64,000 nucleotides of DNA from Neoconidiobolus thromboides FSU 785 (lineage: Eukaryota; Fungi; Entomophthoromycota). A model generated the notes under the pieces. That model was not told the origin of the DNA. It saw only the letters and a list, made by a program, of their open reading frames with translations, and ran no database searches. The stretch lies in assembly GCA_025603075.1 (NCBI GenBank), contig MU626260.1, positions 62,001 to 126,000 of the forward strand. The letters run 5' to 3'. The translations under genes and the position numbers were made by a program. Within the stretch, counting starts at the first letter, position 1, and every line of letters starts with the position of its first letter. Positions 49,936 to 61,084 of this stretch are shown piece after piece.

Positions 49936-50606
49936 ATGTCCACCTTTGACACTGCCAATTGGTTACATGAAATTTTTAACTTGGAATCTTTTGAACATTC
50001 AAATGAAGAAAGCATAGACATTGCTATAAAAAAAGAGCATGATTGCATCATTTATCTCTACAAATTAAGTAAATTAGGATCAATTTCTCAATCCGAGCAA
50101 AAGGAGTATATTAATGAGATGGTAGCTCTTAGTAAGGTAGAATCCATATAAACTATATTCAACTATTTAATATCCTAGATTCTTTTACATTCAATATACA
50201 CATCAACTAATCAATAGTCTCTTCACATTGTATAACTGAAGAAATTATTCTCTATCCAGTATTATTTCCAACTTTTGGCAAACAAAACACAGTCAAAATG
50301 CTTCAAGAACATCGAAAGTTTTGTAATGATATCTATGCTTTATGTATGATATATAATATGAATGGACCATGTAATGAATTTGTAAATGGATTGGATGAGC
50401 TTATGGAAGTAAAAATATATTACCTTAATAAAATTGAAATTTAGACTTAGGATTTTCAAAGCCACTTGAGAGAAGAAGAAAATGCTCAATTACCAATATG
50501 TTTAAAGAGATTAACTAAAGAAGAAAATAGAACTTTATCAAGATCGTATTTAGAATTTAAAAAAGTTGATATTAAAAAGTATATTATTTTAAAACAAAAC
50601 AACTAG
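49936..50606 (+). CDS. Hemerythrin-like (HHE cation-binding) domain protein, 3 exons
   Basis: Spliced product ...AIKKEHDCI...MVALISSHCITEEIILYPVL...LQEHRK...ELMEDFQSHLREEENAQLP... This gives the H / HxxxE / H / HxxxE pattern. Both introns are GT-AG and restore the frame. Confidence 0.8.
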
Positions 50607-50832
50607 CTTTAATTTTATAATAGGATTAACCCTTTGGCCCCAGATAATCCAATTTTAGGTGATTAAAATCCCATTCTATCTCTTTGCTTAACAAAACTTT
50701 ATAAATGTTTGTCCTAAAGATTAAAAATACCATATCTATGCTTTAGCATTCAACTGTTGTTTTACATATTATATTTTTACAAATTACAGTTTTTAAGATA
50801 ATATTATATGATATAAAATTAGTCATAATAAA

Positions 50833-50941
50833 ATATAGCTGGGTGTTTTTTTTGGCTTCATTACTTTTTCCATCTTTTAAGTGCTATTCAAGTGGAAAAT
50901 TTGTTAGTAAATATCTTGAATACAAAAATACATCCCTATAT
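50833..50941 (+). mobile_element. MITE-like repeat, copy 12
   Basis: ATATAGCTGGGTGTTTTT...TTTTAAGTGCTATTCAAGTGGAAAAT...AAAAATACATCCCTATAT. Confidence 0.8.
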
Positions 50942-51698
50942 GGTTAATCTTAAAACTTAATACTTTTATTAAAATACTATTGTCTATATTGCAGGAGCTC
51001 TAGGTTAGTACACTTATAGACCTAAAAGGTAAAAGCCCAATATATAATTAAATGAATTGTCCTTAGCATATAATTCTATTTTCTTTGATATAATTTACCC
51101 AAATTTAGTGAGTTTTTGATTAAATCAAGTGAACCTTAGTTTTAAATCTATATAAATATATATATGTTAAAGATTTTAATTATAGATGTGAACTGTAAGA
51201 CTTGTTTGACTTTAAACTTTAAGATGATGGAAATCTAACTTATTTATCAACTAGAGATATTATGACTGTGCTAAAAAGTTACAAATTCAAAAAATCAAAA
51301 ACAAGGTTTACATTCTAAACTAAGCCTTTTACTGTTTCTACGATCTTTTGGAGTAAAGATTTAGGAAAATGTTTTATTAAAACTAAAGATATTTACAGTT
51401 TTTCTTGGCTCTTTTTTTGCTGTCTGTGCTTATTTATCTTAATCACTTGAGTACTATGGAGAAACGTTACTTACATATGATTTTATATCAAAATAAGATA
51501 ATAGTAGACATTGCTCAGATGGTTTAAATCAAACTAGACCTTTGAGTATTGAGTCTCAAGAAAAGCTGATCTAATTAGCATAAAATCAATAGGAAAGCAT
51601 GATCTAATTGAACCGCATTTCTTTGAGGTGATTGGTATTCAAAGGGCTAAAAACTCAAATGGTTGTGTGTATGTTTAAAAGCATCGAGCATATAATAC

Positions 51699-51765
51699 AT
51701 ATGGAATGTCTGCTGGTTTCATCAGTTTTTTCATTAAGTGCTATTTGAGTGGAAAAGTTGATAAA
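51699..51765 (+). mobile_element. MITE-like repeat, copy 13 (partial)
   Basis: ATATGGAATGT...TTAAGTGCTATTTGAGTGGAAAAG. The 3' part is lost. Confidence 0.65.
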
Positions 51766-52375
51766 TAAATAAAGGCTATAAATTGAACATAAATAATACA
51801 TTGAAGTTTCTTTTGGATTATTCTATTTACATCTAGTCTATTGTTCCAATTCTTAAATTTATGTTAAAACATTTAACAACTTGTCTTAGAACTATTTTTA
51901 AAATCAAGATAATGAAAACTCAATAATATCTAATTTATTAATTCTGACAAATTACTATATTAATCTATTTCTTTCTTCTTTTTCAATAAATAACAATGTC
52001 ATGAAATAAGAATTGAAGTTTACCAAAATAGACTATTATTGATTCAATGAAGTGTGTAACGAATATGTGAGTTATTGATAGTAAAAGCAGAAGACAATAA
52101 GCTACTAAAAGCTGCTTGGAAATGGTACTATGTTATTTGACTTTTACTTTAACTAAACTTTAACTCTACTAAATTTGCAAGAGTTTCAATTTTCGCGGAC
52201 AAACCGATGAAAATACGGATAAAATAGTAAAAATTTCAGCTACAAATTTCAATTTATTTTTAGAAAATTTGAAATAAATAGTCCGTAACTTCACTTGTAT
52301 AAAAAGGAAATAAAGTGGCTTTTAATTTTTTTAAACTTTTATATCTACTATATATAAAATCAAAGACATTTCAAA

Positions 52376-52783
52376 ATGAATAAGCTCATCTTACTTATCA
52401 CCATCCTTGCTGCTTTTGTTAGCGTTATCACCTCCATTAAATACGAATGCAAAGTTCAAACCAAGAACAATTCTTTAAGCTGTGAATGTTCTGCCAAAGG
52501 AGGTAAATCCACTGTGAAATTGAACTGTAAAGAAAATAAAAGTTATTGTTCCTCAGAAGCCAAAAACATTGACAATGGTAAAACTTTTATTGCTTTTTGC
52601 ACTGAAGAAAGAGTTGGCTTAGTTGAAAAGAAAAACGACAAATATTTTTATTCCGAAATTAACAATTTGTCGGTATCTGCAGATCAAAATGGTGAAAAAT
52701 ATGAGGGTGGTATTGATTCAGAAAAGAAAGATAATATTAATATTTATAAAAGATTATTTAGAAAATTGAGAAAATTATTGTAA
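52376..52783 (+). CDS. Small secreted 6-Cys protein A, with a cationic amphipathic C-terminus
   Basis: Signal peptide MNKLILLITILAAFVSVITS, six Cys, ends IYKRLFRKLRKLL. Clear paralog of the adjacent minus-strand ORF. Confidence 0.85.
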   Translation: MNKLILLITILAAFVSVITSIKYECKVQTKNNSLSCECSAKGGKSTVKLNCKENKSYCSSEAKNIDNGKTFIAFCTEERVGLVEKKNDKYFYSEINNLSVSADQNGEKYEGGIDSEKKDNINIYKRLFRKLRKLL

Positions 52784-52865
52784 ACTAGGTATAAATAAAA
52801 AATTTTAATGGCTATTTTTTGTTTTCTTTTTTCAAATTTATTGATTTTATTATACTTTAAAATTA

Positions 52866-53240
52866 CTATTCCTCATTAAAAGTATTTAAATTCTTATTCT
52901 TTATCTCTACTCCATTCTCAACAGTTATATTCCACTTTTCAATCACATATACTTTTTTAACGTTGAATTTTTCCACTGACAATCTCATCTTATTACTATC
53001 ACAATACTCAATCTTGACTCTACCATTGGGAAGCCCCTTTTGTGAAGAACTACAATAATTATATTGAAATGTACAAGTTAAGTCAGCAAATCCACCAGAA
53101 GCTACTGGTTTTTTTCCACCAGTGGCAAAACAGGAACATTCAGTTCCAGAAGGATTAGTGCTCATTTTACATCGAAAATAAATGCTATTGACTAAGAAGA
53201 TATTTAGTGATATGATTGTTAATAGCTTGTAAAGAAACAT
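52866..53240 (-). CDS. Small secreted 6-Cys protein B
   Basis: Signal peptide MFLYKLLTIISLNIFLVNS. Same Cys/Gly pattern as protein A (C..CxC..GGK..LxC..YCSS..NG..C). Confidence 0.85.
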   Translation of the reverse strand: MFLYKLLTIISLNIFLVNSIYFRCKMSTNPSGTECSCFATGGKKPVASGGFADLTCTFQYNYCSSSQKGLPNGRVKIEYCDSNKMRLSVEKFNVKKVYVIEKWNITVENGVEIKNKNLNTFNEE

Positions 53241-53867
53241 GATGAGTGATGAGTAGTTTTTTTATAATATAATAAATAAAAATTTGATTTTCTTTGTTAT
53301 TTATAGTCATTTAATTCCATGTTTTAGCTTCTATCTTTAGCTAAGTTTTAATGTGCTTTTAGCCCATTGTAATCATTACTATACTTTTTTTATATTATTT
53401 AAACTATATAATAAAATAGACTATAATTTCATACAGATTTAAATTATATAATAAATTAAACTGTAGTAACATTATAGTTATATAAACTTCAAAATAACGT
53501 GTTTTAATAAGTTCAATAAAAATATCAATAATTTATTTTCTCACATATTCATTTTTTAACTATTCATATTACTTGATTTTTTTTAAATTTTCTAAATTCA
53601 ACCTAATAAAACATTAAATTTTCATTTCATTCTCAATTTGACACAGCAATGACTAAAGAATAAACAAAGAATAAATCCAAAAATAACTCCTTATAATCGT
53701 ATCGAATCACTAAATTTACTAAATTTAAACGATTAACGACCAATTTCTCATTCATCCCTTTATTTCTATACTATTTAAAGTGAACCTTTCACTACTTAAT
53801 TATACTATTTTCTTTAATTCAAATCTAACAATATTAGACAATTTAACTTCATCAATACTGTGTAAAA

Positions 53868-54728
53868 ATGACTGTCAAACAACCCATAATTTATAGCGAT
53901 ATATGCTACTCCAACACACATCCGCTGAACACTTACGATCTTTACCTACCATCCCACTCTTCCTCCTCACCACCAATTTTAATTTTTATCCATGGAGGGG
54001 CATGGGTATCTGGTGATAAAAAGGAATTAACTACAATGGCAATAAATCTTTCTTCATCGCAGAACATTGCTGTAGCTTTATTAAATTATCGGTTAAGTGA
54101 ACGAAATATTAATAGTGAAATCCAACATCCATTACATTCAATTGATTGTTTATTAGGTTATTTACATATTGTAGAAAATGGTAGGGGATTAGGTTATGAT
54201 AGTAAAAATATTTATTTAGGGGGACATTCAGCAGGAGGGCAATTATCGGGGATGATTGGATTAAGAGTGGGAGATATTATTGAAGAGATGGAAAAGAAAG
54301 GGATGAATGGAATAAATAGAAATGATATTGTTGAAAAAGTAGCACATATTAAAGGTATTATTGTCACAGAAGGTATATTTGATTTAAAGGGATTTTCGGA
54401 ACATGATAGTAGTTATAAAAATGATTTTTTGTTACCAGCTTTTGGAAAAGATTTATTAAAAGACGATTGGAAATTGGCTTCCCCTATGTGTTCTACAAAA
54501 GAAAAATTGGGATTAATACCGTATATTAAACTACCTAAATACATTTTGTTTTATTCTAATCAAGATAATTTAGTTAAGAAATCTCAAAGTTTAGATTTTG
54601 GTCAACATTTACATCAATTAGGTTTTACTAGAGTTGAATTGATTTTAGATGATTTCGGTACTCATGATGAAGTACCAATTAGTCCAATAGTATTAAAACT
54701 AATAGCTAAAATTATTAATCAAGCTTAA
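53868..54728 (+). CDS. Alpha/beta hydrolase, kynurenine formamidase (Bna7/AFMID)-like
   Basis: FIHGGAWVSGDK oxyanion loop, LNYRLS, HPLHSIDC, GGHSAGG nucleophile, GTHDEV. Confidence 0.7.
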   Translation: MTVKQPIIYSDICYSNTHPLNTYDLYLPSHSSSSPPILIFIHGGAWVSGDKKELTTMAINLSSSQNIAVALLNYRLSERNINSEIQHPLHSIDCLLGYLHIVENGRGLGYDSKNIYLGGHSAGGQLSGMIGLRVGDIIEEMEKKGMNGINRNDIVEKVAHIKGIIVTEGIFDLKGFSEHDSSYKNDFLLPAFGKDLLKDDWKLASPMCSTKEKLGLIPYIKLPKYILFYSNQDNLVKKSQSLDFGQHLHQLGFTRVELILDDFGTHDEVPISPIVLKLIAKIINQA

Positions 54729-54904
54729 ACTAATAATGTTAATTAATAATAAAATTAAACTTTTTTATTTATTTTTTATATTTAAAGTTATTGTTCATTT
54801 TATTATTATAAATTTAAACTCAAGAATAAAATTTATTAAACTACAACATTCATTTAACATTATTAGTATTTTTTTTATTGCTTATAAATAGCCTTCAACT
54901 TGCT

Positions 54905-57900
54905 CTAAACAGGAGAATGTAATCCTAACTTTGTATTAAACTCTAACTTAGATCTCTTTTGAAACCTAGTGTAAATATCTCTATCATGATATTTAACCAT
55001 CTCTTGCAAAGGTAACAATAAAATAGGTGATACAAATCCCATTACATAATACCAATATGGAAGGGCATTTAATGTACCTATTAATGTAAATGGTTGTGGA
55101 CTTTCAATAAAAAAAGTTAACGAATAAATAGTTTGAATAAGTATAGCAATAAATATTCCTAGTAACCATTGCTTATTATAATAAGGTGGATGTTCCCAAA
55201 AATATAAAGTTCTTGACATAAATGTACCTGATATTAAACATAAATGATAAACCATAAAAAACAAGGTTAAATTTTGACTATGTAATAAAGCCCATTGTTC
55301 ATTAGGAGTCCAAGCATACCAGTCATCCCTACGTGATAAGAAATCATCCATATCACCTGCTATTATTCGTAAATTATAAAATGAACTAAAATAAAATAAT
55401 CAATTTATCAGTCAACTTATATTAAATTTATATCCTTACACTACAAATAAAAATTGCCAAGTTAAAATAGAACCTAACATTCTCATAAAGCCATACATAA
55501 AAAATCTCATAAATCCAGGTATATGTTCTTTATTTTTACCTACCATTGATGTCATCGTATTTGGTTCATGTGGTGTAAATAAAAATGGCATTGTTATAAT
55601 TGGTCCAACTATCCATAATAACCACAATATATGATAACCAGATAAGATTGGTGGTTGTATTAATATAGAATTGACTATTATTAATAAAGATGAAGCCATA
55701 CCAACTGCTAATAAAAAGGATCCTCCCTACATTAAAATTTGTATTAATAATTTTGATATTAAATAACTAATTGAATTTACCTGTCTTACTGAATTCAATA
55801 ATCTTCTAGCTTCCCTAATAATTTGTGTCAATACAAACAAAGATGTTTCTTTATTAAAAAACAATGCACAAGGCAATGAAGTTAATGTAGAACCTAAAGA
55901 AACAGTAGAGTGAAACAGTTGAGTAGAAGCAAATCTTCTATGTAAAAGAGGTTCCACTGCAATACCCAAATCCGCTGTAGCGAAAGCTGGAGTATTTAAG
56001 TGATTTAATGAATTACCAATACAGCAAACAACTTCACCATATTCTTGAAATATTTTAATCATTTCTACAGTAGCTTCAGGAGAACATTCAGCAAATAAAG
56101 AAACTTGTAAAGGAATATCATCTACGTTTTCTAGATGGTCTCTAATAGTTTCAATACCACAAGGTAATCTAGCTTTTATATAATGATCATCAAAATCATC
56201 TTCGGAACTAGATGGGGATAATCGAATACATGTATTCCAATCCGTTTCCATACCTAATCTTTCCGCAAATGCTTTGCTTCTCCTTTCATCTTTTGGTGAA
56301 AAATAAACAAATCTTATACCAGCTAATTTTAAATCTTCAATGACATCACATACATCAGGTTTAGGTTGATGAGCTGAAGTTGTCATAGCTAAAAATATTT
56401 GACCTTTTGTTTGATTTTTATAAAATTTTAATGGATCTTGTTCAGCAATAGTTGGGTCAACTTCATCTTCTTCAATTGTAATTTTACTAAAGATACGTTT
56501 ACGTTTTAATAAATCATTAATTTCATCTTCATCTTCGGAACTTAATTTTGATATTGTACTTGATGGGCTAGATATATTTTCACTTTCTTCATTTGATATT
56601 CGAATTTTTATGGAAGATTTGGCTTCTTCATCATTTAAAAATATTAACTCATTATCATTTTTAATATTAATTGGTCGATAGCTATACGCAACACATTGTA
56701 GATCATTTCCAATAGCATTTTCATAAAAATCATATATTTTATTTTCAATCTAAACATAAAAATAAAAATTAATTATAAATAAAAATTAATATATAATATA
56801 TAACAAAATAAAACTTACTGAATTTGTAAATGTGCATAATCCTTCTCCATCCCAATAATCAGCACAGTGATCTAATATTAAATCCATATGGCCACTTGAT
56901 AATAATTGATAATTTCCACTTTTACTTTCTCTATAAATGGTAGATAAAGCTAAGGGTATTTCAAAATCTAACTTTTTTTGGGTTGGACTAGTTAAGGTTG
57001 GATGATAAGGGGCCATTAATACTATATCTTTTTTGCGCGAAAAAGAGGCTAACGATTGTGGTGTAAATCCTACTTCTAAGCCCAATCTACATAGGCAAGC
57101 TAAATATAAAATCCTTAGATTATATAGTTAAATATTAAATAATAAACTTACTTTGTCTGGCAGGCGCCAATACATCATTTAAATCCAAATCCAAATTATT
57201 TAAATGTGAATTGGCTGGTTTATAAGTCACGTGTTGATGATCAATAACACCACATTTAGTACATAGCATAGTATTTAATCCGAGTGGTTTTAAACATCTA
57301 TGAAAAAACATTATATTAATAAAACAAATAAAAATAAAAATAAAAATAAAAATAAAAATAATGGTTCAATAACTTACGTTATATACTTTTCCCAATCCTG
57401 ATCTTCAAATCGAATGGCATTTTTACTTGATTTATCTTCATTAACATCTAATTTAACTACCCCTTTGTCTGAATTTACAAATAATATATGTTCCATTTCT
57501 GGGAAGGGCTAATTAAATTATTATTATTATATGTATTATATTATTGGTACATCTTATTGTAACTTACAGTAGCAATTGTCTCCTCTTTATCTAAAGCACA
57601 TAACATAGTAATACTACCAAGAGATTCAAATAAATTAGTTGATCTAGTTAAAGAGACTTGATTCCATTGAGACATTAACCACCACCATTTTTCAAATACC
57701 ATACCTAAACAACAATAATAAATATAAACAAAATATATACTCTTTTAATAACTCACTAAAAGAAATTTCAATATTTTTAGTAGGGGAAGGAGCTTCAGTA
57801 TCAAACTCATCAATGTCTTCTTCATCTTCAAATTCTTCTTTAGATTTTTGCAATGCTTCAAATAATACTAATGTATGAGCATTACAATAACTTCTAACAA

Positions 57901-59476
57901 TAAACCAAAAACTAGGAATCCAAAGAGGTAGCCAAGCTAATAAAGCGTAGCCTGGTATTCGAACTAATACTTCTGCCCAATGATCCCAATTATTAGCTGG
58001 TATATCTACTAGTATATAAACAATGGCGTTCACAATACCACATAAAAATAAAGAACTAAAACCAAAACCTAAAGAAAAATACTTTCGAATTTTAGATCTT
58101 TGAGAATCAATCATTGAACGTGGTCTTTTTTGTTGTAGTGTATCAGATAAAGTAGATGCAAATCTTGTTTCCATTAATAAAAATTTAAATGTACTTTGTT
58201 GTAGCGGAATATTGGGATCATAATTAAAAAATTTAGGTTGGAAAATTTCTCCTCGTTTAAGTTTCATTCGTTCAGGACTACTACCCATATATTCCATATC
58301 ACAAAAAGCTACCATACCAAATGCTATTTCGATTATATCACCATCCACTGTTAAATTCACTGGTAATTGTTGTAGGATACCATCACGATAAACATTGACT
58401 ATAGAAAAGGTGGGACAAATAGGTAGTTTTAAAGGCTAAACACAAATATTATAAATAAATTAATAAGCAACTAAATCAACACTTACCCTCATAGGTCTTG
58501 CTCTGTTATCTTCCATAACCTTTAAAATAGATCGTGCTCTATCTAAAGTTTCATGAGTAGTCAATCGACTCTCTCTATAATACATCACACCATTCCATGC
58601 TAATACTAATAACAAGATAAAGATTTCTACTAAGACCCCATTATACCGAAATTGATATTGACTATCTTCTATACTACCTCGAAACCAACCCCAGATAAAT
58701 ACAAACACTAGCAATAATGTGTCACCAATTAAGATTAAAGATTCTACCCGGGAAAGATAGGTCATAGTAACTGTTGAATTGATTAGTTAATATGGATTAA
58801 TTGACGTTGTATTAATAAATTTACATTCTAGTAAGTCTTCTTCTTTATGATATTGCATTAAAAGCTCTTCAACCGAGATAATTAATTGACTAAATTGAAA
58901 AAATTAGTACCATCATCCTAAACCCTATATATTCCTTTTTCTTTTCATTTACCTATATGCCTCTTTATCCGTTAAACCAATAAAATTTTTAGGTTGTTCA
59001 CATTCATCATAAGGTATTGAATTGGGATCAATAACAATATCTTCTAATTGAGAAGGTGTTGGTGATGGTAACATATCTCTCCTTTGTGGTGATTTAGTTA
59101 AGATTTCATTTTCAAAATCTTCAAAGCCAACTTCTGGACTCATACTTAATTCTGAAATGGAATTAATTGAACGATAATTCATATTGAATTCCGAAGTATA
59201 ACTAAAACTACTGCTTTTTCGTCTTTTATAGTTAGATGCAGGTTTAGGAAGTAAGGACGAGGTCTCATCATGAGAGAATAAGGGCTCTTGGATGGTAAGA
59301 TGTTGATTGGAGTGGGATTGTTGATCCGATTTGCTATGTTCTATTAATATAGAGTTGGGTTTTTCACGTATTATAGGTTGGTTATTATTTTCGCTATCAT
59401 TTTGTTTATCTTGTTCATTTAAATCTATCTTTTTATCTTTGTCTTTTTCTCCTTCTTTTTCTTCTTTTAATGTCAT
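54905..59476 (-). CDS. TMEM94: TMEM94/ERMA-like atypical P-type-ATPase-fold membrane protein, multi-exon
   Basis: DLKLAGIRFVYFSPKDERRSKAFAERLGMETDWNTCI, DDIPLQVSLFAECSPE...MIKIFQEYGEVVCCIGNSLN and C-terminal FQKRSKLEFNTKLGLHSPV match recalled TMEM94 motifs. The P-site region reads LCALDKEETI. Confidence 0.82.
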
Positions 59477-59647
59477 AATCCAACTTAATTTTAAAGATAA
59501 AAGTTAACATTTTACTAAATTTAGTTGAAATCAAACATAGAATTTCAATCCTAAACTTTTGCCAATAAAACACTAATATTTTTTAGTTTCCAAATTAACA
59601 ATATTAAAATTTTTCGAAATTTAAAATTTCAATTTTATATTACTATA

Positions 59648-60675
59648 ATGAGCAATACAATCGTTAATACACTAACAAACTTTGTCAATACGATTCATGA
59701 AAGTGTGGAATCTTTGTGTATTAATCTATTAAAACAAGGCCCAATACCACAACATATTGGTTTAATTATGGATGGTAATAGAAGGTTTGCAAAACAACAT
59801 CAAATATCCACTCCAGAAGGTCATTATTTGGGCTTTAATAGCTTGGAAAGGGTAAATTTGGCTATTTAATTACAGCTGTTTTAAAGGACTGTGTTAATTT
59901 AGCTTCTGATTTTTTAGATATTAGATTGTTGCTTGAGATTAGGAGTTAAAGCAGTAACAGCTTACGCTTTTTCTATTGAAAATTTTAAAAGACCTAAAGA
60001 AGAAGTGGAAGCTTTAATGACATTAGCAAAAGATCGATTGGAATTTTTTTGTACTCAAAGGTAATAATTGAACATATTTTTTTATTTAATTATTTAAGTA
60101 TTTTTATTTTAGTGAAATGATTAAAAAACATGAAGTATCAATAAGAGTGATAGGAAAGCTATCCTTATTATCAAAGGATGTTTTAAAAGTGATATATAAA
60201 GCTATGAAAGAAACAGAACATTATAATAAGTAACTGATATAATTTTATTTAATGGGAATTATTTTTTATCAAATTTTATAAATTTATAGAGCCATTTTAA
60301 CTATCTGTTTCCCTTATACATCGACTGATGAAATGAATCAAATGATATCCAAAAATCATCCAAATAATGAAATAACTATTGAACAAATAGAAGCTAGTTT
60401 ATACACTTCCGAGTTGCCCAAGTTAGACATTTTGATACGTACTTCAGGGGAAATTCGATTGAGTGATTTTTTATTGTGGCAGGTAAAATTTAAGTTTTAG
60501 TGTTTTTATAGAGCTTGAAATAATAATGCAAACTTTGAATTGTTTTTAGACATCGATGCACCATACTCAAATTTATTTTATTAATGTATTATGGCCTAAT
60601 TTTTCCATTTATCATTTGTTACCGATTATTTTGAAATATCAAATACAGCCTGTGATTAGAAAGATTGAGACATAA
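59648..60675 (+). CDS. RER2: cis-prenyltransferase (dehydrodolichyl diphosphate synthase), 5 exons
   Basis: [53 protein letters not shown]. Confidence 0.95.
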
Positions 60676-61084
60676 GAATTGAGAATAGAGAATTGAAATG
60701 CATTTCATTTTTTTCATTATAAAGAATAAAGTTTTATTGTTGTTTTGTTGTTTTAGTTTGAATATTTAACATTAACTAAAATATTTTTTTAAATTAATAA
60801 AATTAATTTAAGACTAGGTAATTGAAGTTCAAAATGATTGGATGTTAATTAAATTCTTCTTAAGAAATAAAGGGATGATGATAAAAAGTATGAGTTATTT
60901 CAATCTAAATCTTTCATTTTGTTATTGATTTTTATATATTAAAAGTTAGTTTAGATTTTAAAAAAGAAAGAAAAAAAGAAAAAAAAGAAAATTAGAATAA
61001 AAAAACACAATATTCAATTAGAATTTCACTCCATTCAACTCGTAAATCAACATCTTACAATTTTTAACTAAAAAAAAGAAAAAA

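Noticed and set aside
10723-60675. COX10, DHCR24 and RER2 as an isoprenoid/sterol gene cluster
   Set aside because: They are about 18-28 kb apart, separated by unrelated housekeeping genes, and feed different pathways. Chance co-location is sufficient.
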